In this document: one piece after another, positions 12,814 to 25,750 of the stretch | Numbering within the stretch: position 1 is the stretch's first letter | Layout: each line of letters starts with the position of its first letter | Assembly: GCF_044704955.1 (NCBI RefSeq) | Contig: NW_027252026.1 | Span: 434,001-498,000 of the forward strand | Direction of reading: 5' to 3' | Length of the DNA stretch: 64,000 bases | From: Pristiophorus japonicus | Taxonomy: Eukaryota | The notes under the pieces: model-generated | Databases searched by the model: none | Told to the model about the DNA's origin: nothing | What the model saw: the letters and a program-made list of their open reading frames with translations, nothing else | Translations under genes and position numbers: made by a program

Positions 12814-12948
12814 ATCCTAACGTGCAAATGGATGAAGACCTGACGATTGTCTGGATCGGTATGGGGGCTGTGCTGGGACTTACTCTCATTGCTGGAGCTG
12901 CTCTTGTCTTCTGTATCAGACAGGCATGGTTCGGGAGACTGCAATCCT
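12814..12948 (+). CDS. Gene A stalk/transmembrane exon
   Basis: Branch point CCCTAAC near 12786, acceptor ctcactttcacag|, donor |gtatgt; 135 bp, phase 1-1. Translates in V2 phase as (N)PNVQMDEDLT-IVWIGMGAVLGLTLIAGAALVFCI-RQAWFGRLQS, a 24-aa uncharged hydrophobic helix followed by basic residues. Confidence 0.88.
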
Positions 12949-13017
12949 GTATGTTTAAATAAATATTTCACGGTAACTCTACCACATCTGGATCAGCTGC
13001 CCATAGTCATTGAAGGG

Positions 13018-13250
13018 ATAAGAACAGAAAATACTGGAAACACTCAGCAGGTCAGGCAGCAACTGTGGAGCGAGAAACAGAGTTAACGTTTCAGGGTGAT
13101 GACCTTGTGTCAGAACTGGAAGGGGTTAGGGATGAACAGCTTTTAAGCAAGTACACAGCCAGGGAAAGATGGGCATTCATAGGTGCTGTCTGAGTATTTC
13201 CAGCGTTTTCTGTTTTTATTTCAGATTTCCAGTATCCGCAGTATTTTTCT
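13018..13250. mobile_element. Short foldback/palindromic interspersed element
   Basis: aacagaaaatactggaaacactcag ... ctgagtatttccagcgttttctgtt form inverted arms. A related fragment lies at about 19020-19095. Confidence 0.55.
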
Positions 13251-13465
13251 ATTGTTTGAGTCATTGAAGGGCGAGAGTGTCAGCGAATTAAAGAGAGAGT
13301 TGGGTCGATTATTTTGGTGAAAGAAGTGTTATGGGCTACGGACGACACAGTACAGTTTGGGTTTGTGAGAACTTTGGGACCACCCAATGGCCTTTCCCCA
13401 ACCTCCATGTTTGCGTGTTCCTATCTACACTCGGTGTTGGTGACATTCTGTGATTTCCTTTACAG

Positions 13466-13539
13466 CCCCGTCTGTCCACACTGCCACTACATTGCCAGCA
13501 CCCAATTATGAAAACATCTCTCTTCCCGGACGCACACAA
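13466..13539 (+). CDS. Gene A cytoplasmic exon 1 (YENI motif)
   Basis: Acceptor gatttcctttacag|, donor CAA|gtgagt; 74 bp, phase 1-0, which bridges the TM exon and the terminal exon exactly. Translation: (S)PSVHTATTLPAPNYENISLPGRTQ. Confidence 0.8.
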
Positions 13540-14568
13540 GTGAGTCGAGTTGGTTGGCCCAGTGCCAGTCTTTTGTTAATGTTCCTGGAGTATTTAAAGT
13601 AATATGGCCTAGAAATTCGATGACGTTGGGTCCATTTTACAGGCATAAAACGGGCACCTAAGTGTCCAGTGCAGTGGTCAAGCAGCACGTGTATATTGCA
13701 TGTTGGGTGTGCACCACCCGCCATATTGGTATAGGCATCAAAAGAGGCGTCCAAGGCCCACGTCTGAAACAGCCATTAGTCCTTTGCATTTGCAAATCAG
13801 GGGCCGAGTGCCTGGTTGATGCTTCCTTTACCAAATTGGTTTGCCTGAACACAGCTGGCACCAGGCCGGCTGCATTCAAGAAAACCAGGTCTTCCTGCAG
13901 CCTAACCAGCACCCCTCAATGGAGCCGCTGGAGGCCACCAGCAAAAGGGAAGTTTAAAATAAATACTTACATGAATGTGGAGCCGACAGGTGCAGGAGTG
14001 CCCCCGCACCTGTCTAGATTTCCCCCCCTCTCCCGGGCACATCCCCTTCTCCCGAGACCTATACCTGATGCAGTAACCACAAATTCAAATACTCTTCAAC
14101 GCCGTGCTGCCTGGGGAGATCCGAGCAGGTGTCTGCAGCTCGTCGGTTTGGTGTAAATGAGAAGCCCGATATTGGGTGAGCTTTGGGCCTGTCCGTTCCA
14201 GCACAGAGATCGTTCTCTAGACTTGAATGTGGAGGCTCAGTCGTTGAGTATGTTCAAGACAGAGATCGATAGATTTTTGGATATTAAGGCAATCGAGGGA
14301 TATGGGGATAGTGCGGGAAAGTGGAGTCGAGGTACAAGATCAGCAATGATCTTACTGAATGGCGGAGCAGGCTCGAGGGGCCAAATGGCCGACTCCTGTA
14401 CCTAATTCTTATGTTCTTATGTTGAACACACAACCTTCTGATTCAGAGATGAGAGTGCTACCAATTGAGCCAAGACAGAGACACCTTAGATTGTTGAGAG
14501 ACACTAAAGTACCAAATATGCTGTTGCCTAAAGTGACCTATCTGGATTTCTTGCTTTCCTTTTTTCAG

Positions 14569-14931
14569 TTTTCCCAGAAGCCCAAGGAGTTGAGATCTGC
14601 CAACAGAGAAGCATGTACCTCCAGAAAATACCAAACTAGACGCTTCATTTCAGGACAAAGCAAGACTGAACAAGTGCTTGAGAAACACCAGCATTGCCGA
14701 GAACTGAAGGATCAGCAACTTCAACCAACACAATGGACTCACCAGCATCAGTCGGCACCAAGAGGTCACCAGCACCAATCATCACTGAGGCGCTTTTTAC
14801 CCTTTAAGAATTTAGCACCACCAACCAGCAACAAGACTTTATTGGCACCGACTGGTTCTGAACTCTATGCAAACCAAAGACAGATTAAACCTCATCTCTC
14901 CAAGAAGGTAACTATCAGGCCGGTAACATAG
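14569..14931 (+). CDS. Gene A terminal cytoplasmic exon (YANQ motif)
   Basis: Strong polypyrimidine acceptor ttcttgctttccttttttcag|, phase 0. Open 120-codon frame FSQKPKELRS...TGSELYANQRQIKPHLSKKVTIRPVT* (3' part of ORF 14359..14931) in non-repeat sequence. Confidence 0.75.
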   Translation, partial: FSQKPKELRSANREACTSRKYQTRRFISGQSKTEQVLEKHQHCRELKDQQLQPTQWTHQHQSAPRGHQHQSSLRRFLPFKNLAPPTSNKTLLAPTGSELYANQRQIKPHLSKKVTIRPVT

Positions 14932-15214
14932 GACTCCCTTCATACAGAGAACTCCCAATTCCCACCACTGTAGTGGTCCAAATACACAGAACCATTTGTT
15001 GGGAACGTGGCCCACATCTCAATATACAAGCTCTGCAGATCCTGACCTGAGTAGAGCCCTTCCTCTTCATCCTGCATAGAACACTTCTGCTGGCTTGAGG
15101 TTTCTCATGTCCACATCCCTTTGGACCATAATATCAACACCTTAGCCTAAAAGGAGGCCCAATGAAGCCCTTCTACAGTACGCTAGTTGAAGACTCAATC
15201 GCTGGGTTTTTCCA

Positions 15215-15220
15215 ATTAAA
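15215..15220 (+). terminator. Candidate poly(A) signal ATTAAA for gene A
   Basis: ATTAAA about 285 nt after the stop, at the end of unique sequence just before a CR1 insert. Confidence 0.3.
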
Positions 15221-15224
15221 GTCA

Positions 15225-15750
15225 TAGAATGGTTAAAGCGCAGAAGGAGGCCATTCGGCCTGTTGAGCCTGTGCTGGCTCTCTGGAAGAGCACTTAAGCA
15301 CGTCCCACACAGCCACCCGTTCCCTGTAGCCCTGCAATTTATTTTCCTTCAGGTACTTATCCAATTCCCTTTTGAAAGCCACAATTGAATCTGCCTCCAC
15401 CCCCCTTTCAGGCAGCGCATTCCATATCCCAACCACTCGCTGCGTAAAAAAGTTTTCCCTCATATCGCCTTTGGTTCTTTTGCCAATCACCTTAAATCTG
15501 TGTCCTCTGGTTCTCAGCGCTCCCGCCAATGGGAACAGTTTCTCTCTATCTATTCTGTCCGGACCCCCATGATTTTGAACACCTCTATCAACTGTCCTCT
15601 CAACCTTCTCTGCTCTAAGGAGAACAACCCCAGCTTCTCCAGTCGAGCGAAGTAACTAAAGTCTCTCATCCCTGGAATGTTTCTGGTAAATCTTTTCTGC
15701 ACCCTCTCTAAGGCCTTCACATCCTTCCTAAAGTGCGGTGCCCAGAATTG
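15225..15750 (-). mobile_element. CR1-type LINE 3' end
   Basis: RTRGHRFKV...FFTQRVVGIWNALP. Confidence 0.85.
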
Positions 15751-15845
15751 GCCTGTTTCGATGTTTTTTTACCGCAGTTGCGGTTGAGGTCGACTCGTTC
15801 AGGAAATTCTGCTCTTAGTTTTTTTTTGTTTCCATCCAGAAGTCG

Positions 15846-16487
15846 GCCATAATGGGGGCGGTGACTACACCTGAGGGATAAAGACATAATGGGGGCGGTG
15901 ACTACACCTGAGGGGCAAAGACATAATGGGGTCGGTGACAACAACTGAGGGGCAAAGACATAATGGGGGCGGTGACTACACCTGAGGGGCAAAGACATAA
16001 TGGGGTCAGTGACTACACCTGAGGGGCAAAGACATAATGGGGTCAGTGACTACACCTGAGGGGCAAAGACATAATGGGGTCAGTGACTACACCTGAGGGG
16101 TAAAGACATAATGGGGTCAAGACATAATGGGGTCAGTGACTGCACCTGAGGAGCAAAGACATAATGGGGTCAGTGACTACACCTGAGGGGCAAAGACATA
16201 ATGGGGTCAGTGACTACACCTGAGGGGCAAAGACATAATGGGGTCAGTGACTACACCTGAGGGGCAAAGACATAATGCGGTCAGTGACAACACCTGAGGG
16301 ATAAAGACATAATGGGGTCGGTGACTACACCTGAGGGGCAAAGACATAATGGGGGCAGTGACTGCACCTGAGGGGCAAAGACATAATGGGGTCAGTGACT
16401 ACACCTGAGGGGCAAAGACATAATGGGGTCAGTGACTACACCTGAGGGGCAAAGACATAATGGAGGCGGTGACAACAACTGAGGGGC
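15846..16487. repeat. 37-bp minisatellite (GACATAATGGGGTCAGTGACTACACCTGAGGGGCAAA), about 17 copies
   Basis: Direct tandem repeats, period 37, with no spacers. Confidence 0.95.
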
Positions 16488-16489
16488 GC

Positions 16490-17040
16490 AAGTTGGGGGC
16501 GGTGCGTATTCACCGCCGCGATGGTGTTATCGCAGCGCCACATCACCACAGCTCTCCCCTTCACTTAAAGGGGAGATCCTCTGCATTTTTAAACTTTGGT
16601 TGAGGGTTTCGGCGAGGCCAGCGGCCTGCCACCCAAGAGGGAGTTGGCGGCCCGGCCGAACCCAGGGGCATAATTGTCGGGTCAACCTGGCGGTCGGCCA
16701 ACAAAAAAAAACATGGCGGCAGTGCGTCCTCCCCTTTAAGGGAAGCCACACCGGCACTGCAGAAGGCCACAGCCTCACTGGACCACTGCAAAAAGGTTGT
16801 TTTGGCACCGCCGGGTGCGCCAAAGAGAATGTCGCCGTCGTGGGGTTAGATCGGCGGTGCGCACGGTGATGATGTGCTTAACACCGATCAGCAACAGAGG
16901 AACGGTAAGGGCAGGATCGGGGCACCACCGGGAAAACTTGGGAGGGCAACTGGGTTAGCTGCCAAAAGTCAATGGCCACTCCACTCCGCAGCGTGGCCAC
17001 CGATTTGCGGTGGTGACGGGCCTTAAAGGGGCAATTTCAG
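16490..17040. mobile_element. GC-rich non-autonomous DNA-transposon-like element (Harbinger-like end); related copy at about 62410-62915
   Basis: Ends GGGGCAATTTC, the reverse complement of GAAATTGCCCC at the Harbinger terminus near 35390. Shares internal blocks (cttcacttaa, aaaacatgg..ggcagtg..ctcccctt) with the 62.4-62.9 kb copy. Confidence 0.55.
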
Positions 17041-17049
17041 TCCCTATGC

Positions 17050-20000
17050 CTCTATTTATGAAGCCCAGGATGCCATATGCTTTTAACCACTTTGTCAACC
17101 TGCCCGACCACCTTCAACAATTTGTGCACATATGCCTCCAGGTCTCTTTGTTCATACACTCCTTTTAGGATTGTACCCTTTAGTTTATATCGCCTCTCCT
17201 CGTTCTTCCTACCAAAATGCATCACTTTGCACTTTTCTGCATTAAATTTCATTTGCCACGTGTCCGCCCATTCCACCAGCCTGTCTATGTCCTCTTGAAG
17301 TCTATCTCTATCATCCTCGCAGTTCACTATACTTCCTAGTTTTACGCCATCTGCAAATTGTGAAATTGTACCTTGTACACCCAAGTCCAAGTCATAAGTA
17401 TATATCAAGAAAAGCAGTGGTCCTAATACCAACCCCTGGGGAACACCACCGTAGACCTTCCTCCAGTCCGATAAACAACCATTCACCACTTTTGCGGAAT
17501 GTTGGCATGTTTTCGGCACAGCGGGACCTGTGCCACGACAAGAAGGCACCCATGACCCTCGCCCATTTTTTAGTCACAGGATTATTTGCAGTTTCCAGGT
17601 GTGTGCTCCCAGAGGAGGAGCAGAGATTGGCTGTGGAAGTTCCTGATGGACCTGCCCAGCATCGCACAATCAATAGCCTCTGTGCTGCCTGTTAAAAGTT
17701 GTACAAAGGTACATTTTAAAAACAAGGCACAGAATCGAATACAATCAAATGATGGGCTTTTGTAATTGAAATGACTTCTCCACCACCCTACACATACCGG
17801 GGCAAGTAGTTAACCCTGGCACCTAGTGTCACCATGGGGCAAGTGAGAAACAAATAGATCAGATGGTGTAATTGAGTCATTTGCATATTATAAGATGGCC
17901 CCAGATATGGGTGGACATAGTGTGTGTCCACACCTCTGGTGGGCATGTTTGGCAGTGATGGGTATAAAATGGGAGCCGGCAGAAAACTTCCACGTTTAAG
18001 TCAATTCAAGTTACACTTGGGAGTTAGTGTGACTTAAAGCATAAAATCCAGATCCCAGCAGAGAAATTCACTGCAGGTGAGAAAACTAAGCCTCTGGCCC
18101 CTCAGACCAGGTAGACAGGCACACTACACCAATGAATTTATCACAAGAGTCTACTTAAGTTAGGATGGCGTGTCACCAGCAACATTGACAGCTTTTGTTC
18201 ATCAAAGTGCCAGGAAGCTCAAGGCAGTCGCTAAAACAGAGCAGGACAGTTTTAGCAAGTCCGTTTCTGCCCGCATTAAAGATTAAAACCAGGTGGCCAC
18301 GTGCAGCTGAAGGTAGTGGACCTTGACCTTGACTCAACAGTATGGTTTTCTGCGTATTTCTCCATTGACTGCAATGGCGCTGTTTAAGAAGAGGTAGGTA
18401 AAGGGGATAAGGGAATGGAGTTTCTACAATGTGTACAGGACTCCTTTCTAACCCAATATATAAAGAGCCCAACAAGGGAGCATTCGCTATTGGATCTAGT
18501 AATGAACCAGAGCAGATAAGAGAAGTAAAAGTAAGGGAGCATCTAGGCAATAGTGACCATAATATAATACGCTTTATGATAATTGAGAAGGACATAAGTA
18601 TGACGACTACCAGGGTAATAGACTGAAGAAAAGCTGATTTTGAAGGGCTGAGAATAGAACTTGGGAGAATAAAATGGGCAACAATATTGGGGAAAAAATG
18701 ATGTAGATAAACAATGGGAAGCATTTAAAATGATCAACAGAATGCAGGGACAATATATTCCGCTAAAAGGAAAGAACAAACTAAACACTAATGGGACTCC
18801 ATGGATGAATAAAGCCATGAGGTAACAATTGAGGGTAAAGAAAAAGGCGTACATTAAGTACATAGACAGCAGGAGAGTGTATGATAAAGGAGAATAGGAA
18901 AAGATTAGGTGAGAAGGCAAATAAAGGCAAAGAGGAACTATGAAATTAAATGATCAAGGAACATAAAACAACATAGTAAAATATTTTACAGGCACATCAA
19001 CAAAAAAAGGAAACACAAAAGCAAAATACTGCAGATGCTGGAATCTGGAATAAAAGCAGAAAATGCTGGAAATCTCAGCGGGTCAGGCAGCATCTGACAT
19101 ATAATAATAAAAGGAAGGTTGGGATGGGAATAGAGCCATTAAGGGGTGGATGAGATAATACCACCAGTAATGACAGAGAGATGGCAGAAATATTCAATCA
19201 TTATTTTGCTTCAATATTTACCAGGAAGCTGGAACAGGTGCACATGACATTGGATAAGGAGATTAGTAATAAGGGCCCCAAGTTTCCACACGCTACAAAA
19301 CGGGCGCCCCCTCCGAGCTGGGCGCCCGTTTTTTGCACCAAAAATGGCGCCTGAAGAAAAACGCGCGATTCTGGAGCGCCCTGCAGCGCCATGGCAGCTT
19401 GTTGCGGTGCCCAGGGGGGCGGAGCCTACCACTCGCGCCGATTTTTGAAGTGGGAGGGGGCGGGTACCATTTAAATTAGTTTTTTTCACGCCGGCAACCC
19501 TGCGCATGCGCATTGGAGTGTTCGCGCACGCGCAGTGTGAAGGAAACATTGGCACTCGGCCATTTTTGTAGTTCTTTGTAGCTGTTTAATTTTTGAACAT
19601 TTTTTAATAAAAGCACATCGCCCTTATATGATCAGCACTAAGGCTTCCTGCAGCCTTCTCACTGCCTCCTTCCCCCCCCGCCCGGCGTCGGCTGCCTCCG
19701 GCCCCCGCTGCGGTCGGTCGGTCGGGCCCTCACTCCCTCCCTCCCGCCCGCCGTCGGGAACGGCTGCCTCCTCCCTGCCTCCCGTTCGCGGGAACGACGC
19801 CACACCGCTGAGCTGACTGTAAGGTTTCCACCTCAAGTGGAAGGCTGCTTGCTGCCTGTTTACTGCCCGACTGACCCTCCCTCCCTCCCATTCGCAGGAA
19901 CGACGCCACACCGCTGAGCTGACTGAAGCTGCCTGAATCACTTTCACACAGGTAGGCAGGCTAGAAGGGCTGAATGACCTACTCCTGCACCTATTTTCTA

Positions 20001-21825
20001 TGTTTCTATGTTCTCCCTTGTCCACTCTACTGGAAACATCCTCAAAAAATTCCAGAAGATTTGTCAAGAATGATTTTCCTTTCACAAATCCATGCTGACT
20101 TGGACCCATCATGTCACCTCTTTCCAAATGTGCTGCTATGACATCCTTAATAATGGATTCCATCATTTTACCCACTACCGATGTCAGGCTGACCGGTCTA
20201 TAATTCGCTGTTTTCTCTCTCCCTCCTTTTTTAAAAAGTGGGGTGACATTGGCTACCCTCCACTCCATAGGAACTGATCCAGAGTCGATGGAATGTTGGA
20301 AAATGACTGTCCTTGTAGCAGTAGTGGAGTCATTAAAACAAAATACCGCTATGTCCAAAAATGGAATTTTCAGCCCTTAGGGTATTGCATACAGTTCTGG
20401 TCGTCATATTATAACAAGGAAATAAAGAAGCACTGGAGGGGGTGCAGAGAAGGTTTACAAGGATGATACCAGAAATGCAAGTGTATACCTATCAAGAAAG
20501 AATGAACAGGCTGGGTCTCTTTTCTCTTGAAAAACTTCGGCTGAGGGGTAGTTTCATAGAGGGCTTTAAATTTATGAACGGTTTTGATAGAGTGGATAGA
20601 AAATGTTTCCACTTGTGGGTAAGAACATAACTAGAGGCCATTAATATAAGATAGTCATCAAGAAATCCAATAAGGAATTCAAAAGAAACTTCTTTACCGA
20701 GAGAATGGTGAGAATGTGGAACTCGCTACCACAGGGAGTGGTTGAAACGAATAGTATCGATGCATTTAAGGGGAGGCGAGACAAGCATATGAGGGAGAAG
20801 GGAATAGAGGGTAATATTGATAAATTTAGATGAGGAAAGACGGGAGGAAGCTCGAGTGGAGCATAAACGCTGGCATGGACTGGTTGGGCCAAATGGTCTG
20901 TTTCTGTGCCATGTATTCAATGTAATCCTATGTCATGTCTTTATGGGGGCAACATCAGCAGCTATCACAACTGCCCTTGGACAGGGTTTATTTTGAGCAG
21001 GTAGAACACATGCTGTTTTAAGTGAAACAAGCAGAATATACTTGTTTTGTAGGTGAAAAAGCAGGATCCATTTTAAAAGCCTCTCTCACTCACCTGACAG
21101 ACTGGGGCTCAGCTGCAGGCTTATTACACCCTGCATCGGGCACCAAGCTCTACAGCATCTGCTATATTCGCAGTGACGTTCAGATCCAAGGATCAGGTGC
21201 ATGTGAGCCACCTCAGGCTTCAGAGGAGTGATGGAGCAGATATTGCCATCCCACCTATGGCCCTCGGAGAAAGCTGCCTGTACCAATCTGTAGCCATGTG
21301 GAGAAGTAGCACGGCAAATATCAGAGAGAGTTACTCTCTTCATTTCAGAAGCATGTGTATCAGATTAGATCACACCACCCATTGCAGAGTTCTCCGATGA
21401 GACAGACATCTCATTAATGGAATTTAGAAGAATGAGAGGGGATCTCTTAGAAACATATAAAATTCTGACGGGATTGGACAGGTTAGATGCAAGAAGAATG
21501 TTCTCGATGTTAGGGAAGTCCAGAACCAGGGGACACAGTCTAAAGATAAGGGGTAAGCCATTTAGGACCGAGATGAGGAGAAACTTCTTCACTCAGAGAG
21601 TTGTGGGCATGTGGAATTCTCTGCCACAGAAAGTTGTTGGGGCCAGTTCGTTAGATATATTCAAAAGGGAGTTAGATGTGGCCCTCTCGGCTAAAGGGAT
21701 CAAGGGGTATGGAGAGAAAGCAGGAATGGGGTACTGAAATGCATGATCAGCCATGATCATATTGAATGGTGGTGCAGGCTCGAAGGGCCGAATGGCCTAC
21801 TCCTAAATCTATTTTCCATGTTTCT
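17050..21825. mobile_element. Cluster of CR1-type LINE fragments (17050-17490 -, 18430-19270 +, 19960-20310 -, 20380-20930 +, 21417-21825 +) with a GC-rich insertion at about 19272-19950
   Basis: RT and C-terminal motifs GVPQG, FADD-like, NYRPVSLTS and FFTQRVV. Confidence 0.8.
21094..21287 (-). other. Putative internal exon of an unidentified (possibly non-coding) leftward transcript
   Basis: Unique-sequence island with acceptor ctacag| and consensus donor CAG|gtgagt. No recognisable protein. Confidence 0.35.
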
Positions 21826-22129
21826 ACGACAAGCTACATGGACTCATATTTAATGGATACAGTCTGCATCCTCCATCTGATTCCAACCATTTGTTTTAAA
21901 TTACAGAAATCAAGTGATCTTCAAGCGGATTCCAACTCGATATACATGGTAACTATATTATCAAATATAGTCATTCAAACTAAGTTAGTGATTGATACCA
22001 ATATAGAAATTCATGTCAATATAGTGAGTTAAGCCAAATCAAAACAATCTTTCAGAATAAAATGTTAATGGATTGCATCTACCTTTTGTTTCAGAATTTT
22101 GATCCAGTCTTAAGTCAGTGCACAAAACA

Positions 22130-25100
22130 GCCCCGTCAACAATCAAACCTGGAAAAGCTGTTGGTCCAAATGGTGTTTACCCCAAATTCTTAAAAGCACT
22201 GGGACCCAAAGCAAAGATATAGTTGACCTCCTTCTCTGAGGTACTGGCAACCGGTAAAATTCCACCAGTTTGGAGGGAGACTAAATTAATTGCCCTCCTG
22301 AAGCAGGGGAAGAACACTTGTGAATCCTCCAGCTACTGCCCGATCTCCTTCCTCTGTACTAGTTATAAAGTGCTGGAGAGGCTGTCCATCACCGAAGTGA
22401 CCCTTACCAGTTATTTACAGAGGATGGAGGCTTACTTCCACCGATGGCAACTTCAGACAAATCAAGAGACTGACACCTCGACATTCCACCTCAACACCCA
22501 TCAAGAAAACCAAGCTTTGAAAGTCTCATTTTGCGGCACTGAAGTAAACCATGCCCAAAACCCTCCTATTTAGGAGTCAAGCTTGATCGCATTCGGTCAG
22601 TAATTACATAAATAAATAAAATCTGGAATAAAAAGCTAATGTCAGGAATGGTCACCATGAAACTCCATGATTGTCGTAAAAACCCATGTGGTTCACTAAT
22701 GTCCTTTAGGGAAGGAAATCTGCCGCCCTTATATATGTCTGGCCTATATGTGACTCCAGTCCCACAGCAATGTGGTTGACTCTTAACTGGCCTCTTAAAA
22801 AAGGCTCAGCAAGCCACTCAGTTGTAACAAACCACTTCAGAAAACAATAATAATAATAAAACCGGCAGCATCTACCTCAGCACCAGCTTCAGACGCGACA
22901 AAGGATTACCCAGCCCAGTCAACCAGCAAAGTCCCTCTCACTAACATCTGGGAACTTGTGCCAAAATTGGGAGAGCTGTCCCACAGACTAGTCAAGCAAC
23001 AACCTCACATAGTCCTACTTACAGAATCAAATCTTCCAGCCAATGTCCCAGACTCCTCCATCACCATCTCTGGGTATGTCCTGTGTCCCACCGGCAGGAT
23101 AGACCCACCTGAAGTGATGGCACAGTGGTATACAGTTGGGAGGGAGTGGCCCTGGGAGTCGTCAACATTAACTAAGGACCTCGTGAAGTCTCATGGCTTC
23201 AGGTCAAGCATGGGCAAGGAAACCTCCTGCTGATTATCACCGACTGCCCTCCCTCAGCTGATGATCAGTACTCCTCCATGTTGAACACCATTTGGAAGAA
23301 GCACTGAGAGCAGCAAGGGCACAGAATGTACTCTGGGTGGGGAACTCCAATGTCCATCACCAAGAGTGGCTCGGTAGCACCACTACTGACCGAGCTGTCC
23401 CAGTCCTGAAGGATATTAAATTATTTAAATGGGGAGAGATTACAAAATGCTGCGGTACAGAGGGATCTGCGGGTCCTTGTACATGAAACACAAAAGGTTA
23501 CCATGCAGGTACAGCAAATAATTAGGAAGGCAAATGGAATGTTGGCCCTTATTGCAAAGGGAATGGACTATAACAGTAAGGAAGTCCTGCTACAACTGTA
23601 CAAGGCGTTGGTAAAACCACACCTGGAGTACTGCTTACAGTTTTGCTCTCCTTATTTAAGGAAGGATATACTTGCATTGGAGGCAGTTCAGAGAAGGTTC
23701 ACGAGATTGATTCCTGAGATGAAGGAGTTGTCATATAAAGAAAGGTTGAGCAGGTTGGGCTGAGAGAGTGGGGATGGGGTGAGAGCACAAATGAGGGAAA
23801 TAGACCGGACACAGCTGAGGGCCATGTTAACCATAGTAGAGGGGTATCTGTGGTTGAGGAAAAAGGAAGAAATATTGGATCCAAAAAAATCTCAGATGCA
23901 GGAAGCAAAGTGTAATAATGGTCAATGGGTGTTTTTGTGATGGGAAGGCTGTTTCCAGTGGAGCAGCGCAGGGCTCAGTACTAGGTCCCTTGCCTATATG
24001 TCAATGATTTGGAATTTAATGTAGGGGGTATGATTAAGAAGTTTGTAGATGATACAAAAATTGACTGTGGTTGATAAAGAAGAAAGTTGTAGACTGCAGG
24101 ACGATATAAATTAACTGGTCAGGTGGGCAGAAAAGTGGCAAATGGAATTCAATCCGGAGAAGCGTGAGGTAATGCATGAGGATGGCTAACAAGGCAATGG
24201 AATACACAATAAATGGTAGGACATAGAGGTGTCGAGGAAGAGGGGCCTTGGAATGCATGTCCACAGATCACTGAAGGTAGCAGGGCAGGTGGATAAGGTG
24301 GTTATGAAGGCACATGGAATACTTGCCTTTATTAGCCAAGGCATAGAATATAAGAGCAGGGAGGCTATGCTTGAACTATATAAAACACTAGTTAGGCCAT
24401 AGCTGGAGTACTGCATGCAGTTCAGGTCACCATATTACAGGGAAGGTGTGATTGCACTAAAGAGGGTTCAGAGGAGATACAGGAGTTGCCTGGACTGTAT
24501 AACCACAATCCCTTGGGAGCACCTGTATATAAGGAGGCATCATAGGGTGGAGAGGCACTCCGAGATCTGTAATAAAGGATTACGGTCACACTTACTTTGA
24601 ACTTGCAGCATCTAGTCTGACTTTTTATTCAAGAGATAACAGATACGGTGGCAAGTGCTGCAGGGAATCGAATATGGCCAGGGTGATCTCCTGGACTAGT
24701 TTTGATTGCCTAGATGGGTCGGAGAGGAATTTTCCCAGATTTTTTTCCCCCAATTGGCCTGAGTTATCTGGTTTTTGCCTCTCCCAGGAGATCACATGGC
24801 TCCGGTTGGGGTGGTGTGTAGAATGTTTTGGTGCAAGGGGTGTTGCGATTGTGTGGGGGCGGACTGGTTGGGCTGGGTGCTCTTTACCTTTCCGCCATAT
24901 TCATTGGTTTATCTGGAACCTTCAGGGCTGCTGACCGAGGGCCATGTAGCTCTTGTCAGCCGGCACGAGAACGATAGGTCGAAATGGCCTCCTTCTACAT
25001 TGTAGATTTCTATGTTTCTATGTAAAAGAGCAATGGCTTGTCAACAGGTTTGTTTGGCTGTTTAGAAATGCATCTGTGTCCAGGAAAGATCTAGGAGAAA

Positions 25101-25750
25101 GCTCTGCCCACCTGGGGCTCGCTTGCCATGTAGGAGTTCAGAGTAGAGCGCTCTATTTGAGAGTCTTTTGTCGGGCATGCGGACAATGTGGCCTGGCCAA
25201 CGGAGTTGGTCGAGTGTGGTCAGTGCTTCAATGCTGGGGATGTTGGGCTGATTGAGGATACTGATGTTGGTGCGTCTGTACTCCCAGGAGATTTGAGGAT
25301 CTTGCGGAGGCATCGCTGGTGGTATTTCTCCAGCAAAGTGAGGTGTGTACGGTATATGAGCCATACAGGAGGGTGGGTATCGCATCCTTTGTCGTCGAAC
25401 TACAGTACGTGGATGACGCTTGTGCTGTGCACATTCAGAGGCTGAACTCCAAGTCATCGTCAACATCATCAACAAGGAGTACAAAAGCATTGGCCTTACA
25501 CTAAACATCCGTAAGACAAAGGTCTTCCACCAACCTGACCCCGCCACACAGCACTGGCCCCCAGTCATCAAGATCCACAGCGCAGCCCTGGAGAACATGG
25601 ACCACTTTCCATACGTCGGGAGCTTATTATCAGCAACAGCAGATATCGACGAGGAGGTTCAACACCGCCTCCAGTGCACCAGTGCAGCCTTCGGAAGAGA
25701 GTGTTCGAAGATCAGGCCCTCAAATCTGGCACCAAGCTTATGGTCGAGTG
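22130..25750. mobile_element. Mosaic of old LINE/SINE fragments: RT 22130-22590, SINE-like 22600-22830, endonuclease 22930-23415, CR1 23420-24500, LTR fragment about 24500-24640, RTE 25030-25750
   Basis: Motifs SYCPISFL, VKQQPHIVLLTES, LVKPHLEYC, ELQYVDD and FPYVGSLLS. Confidence 0.7.

Noticed and set aside
12814-12948. Assignment as NKp30/NCR3 or CD8
   Set aside because: There is no charged TM residue, no long hinge and no cytoplasmic CxC/CxH motif, and two V domains with a long tail do not fit. No gene symbol was given.
15846-16487. CRISPR-like repeat array
   Set aside because: Head-to-tail tandem repeats with no unique spacers, in eukaryotic DNA with no cas genes.
21270-21287. WYRQL motif on the minus strand suggesting another V exon
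   Set aside because: No flanking V-set Cys or DxAxYxC was found, and the frame stops after about 22 codons.
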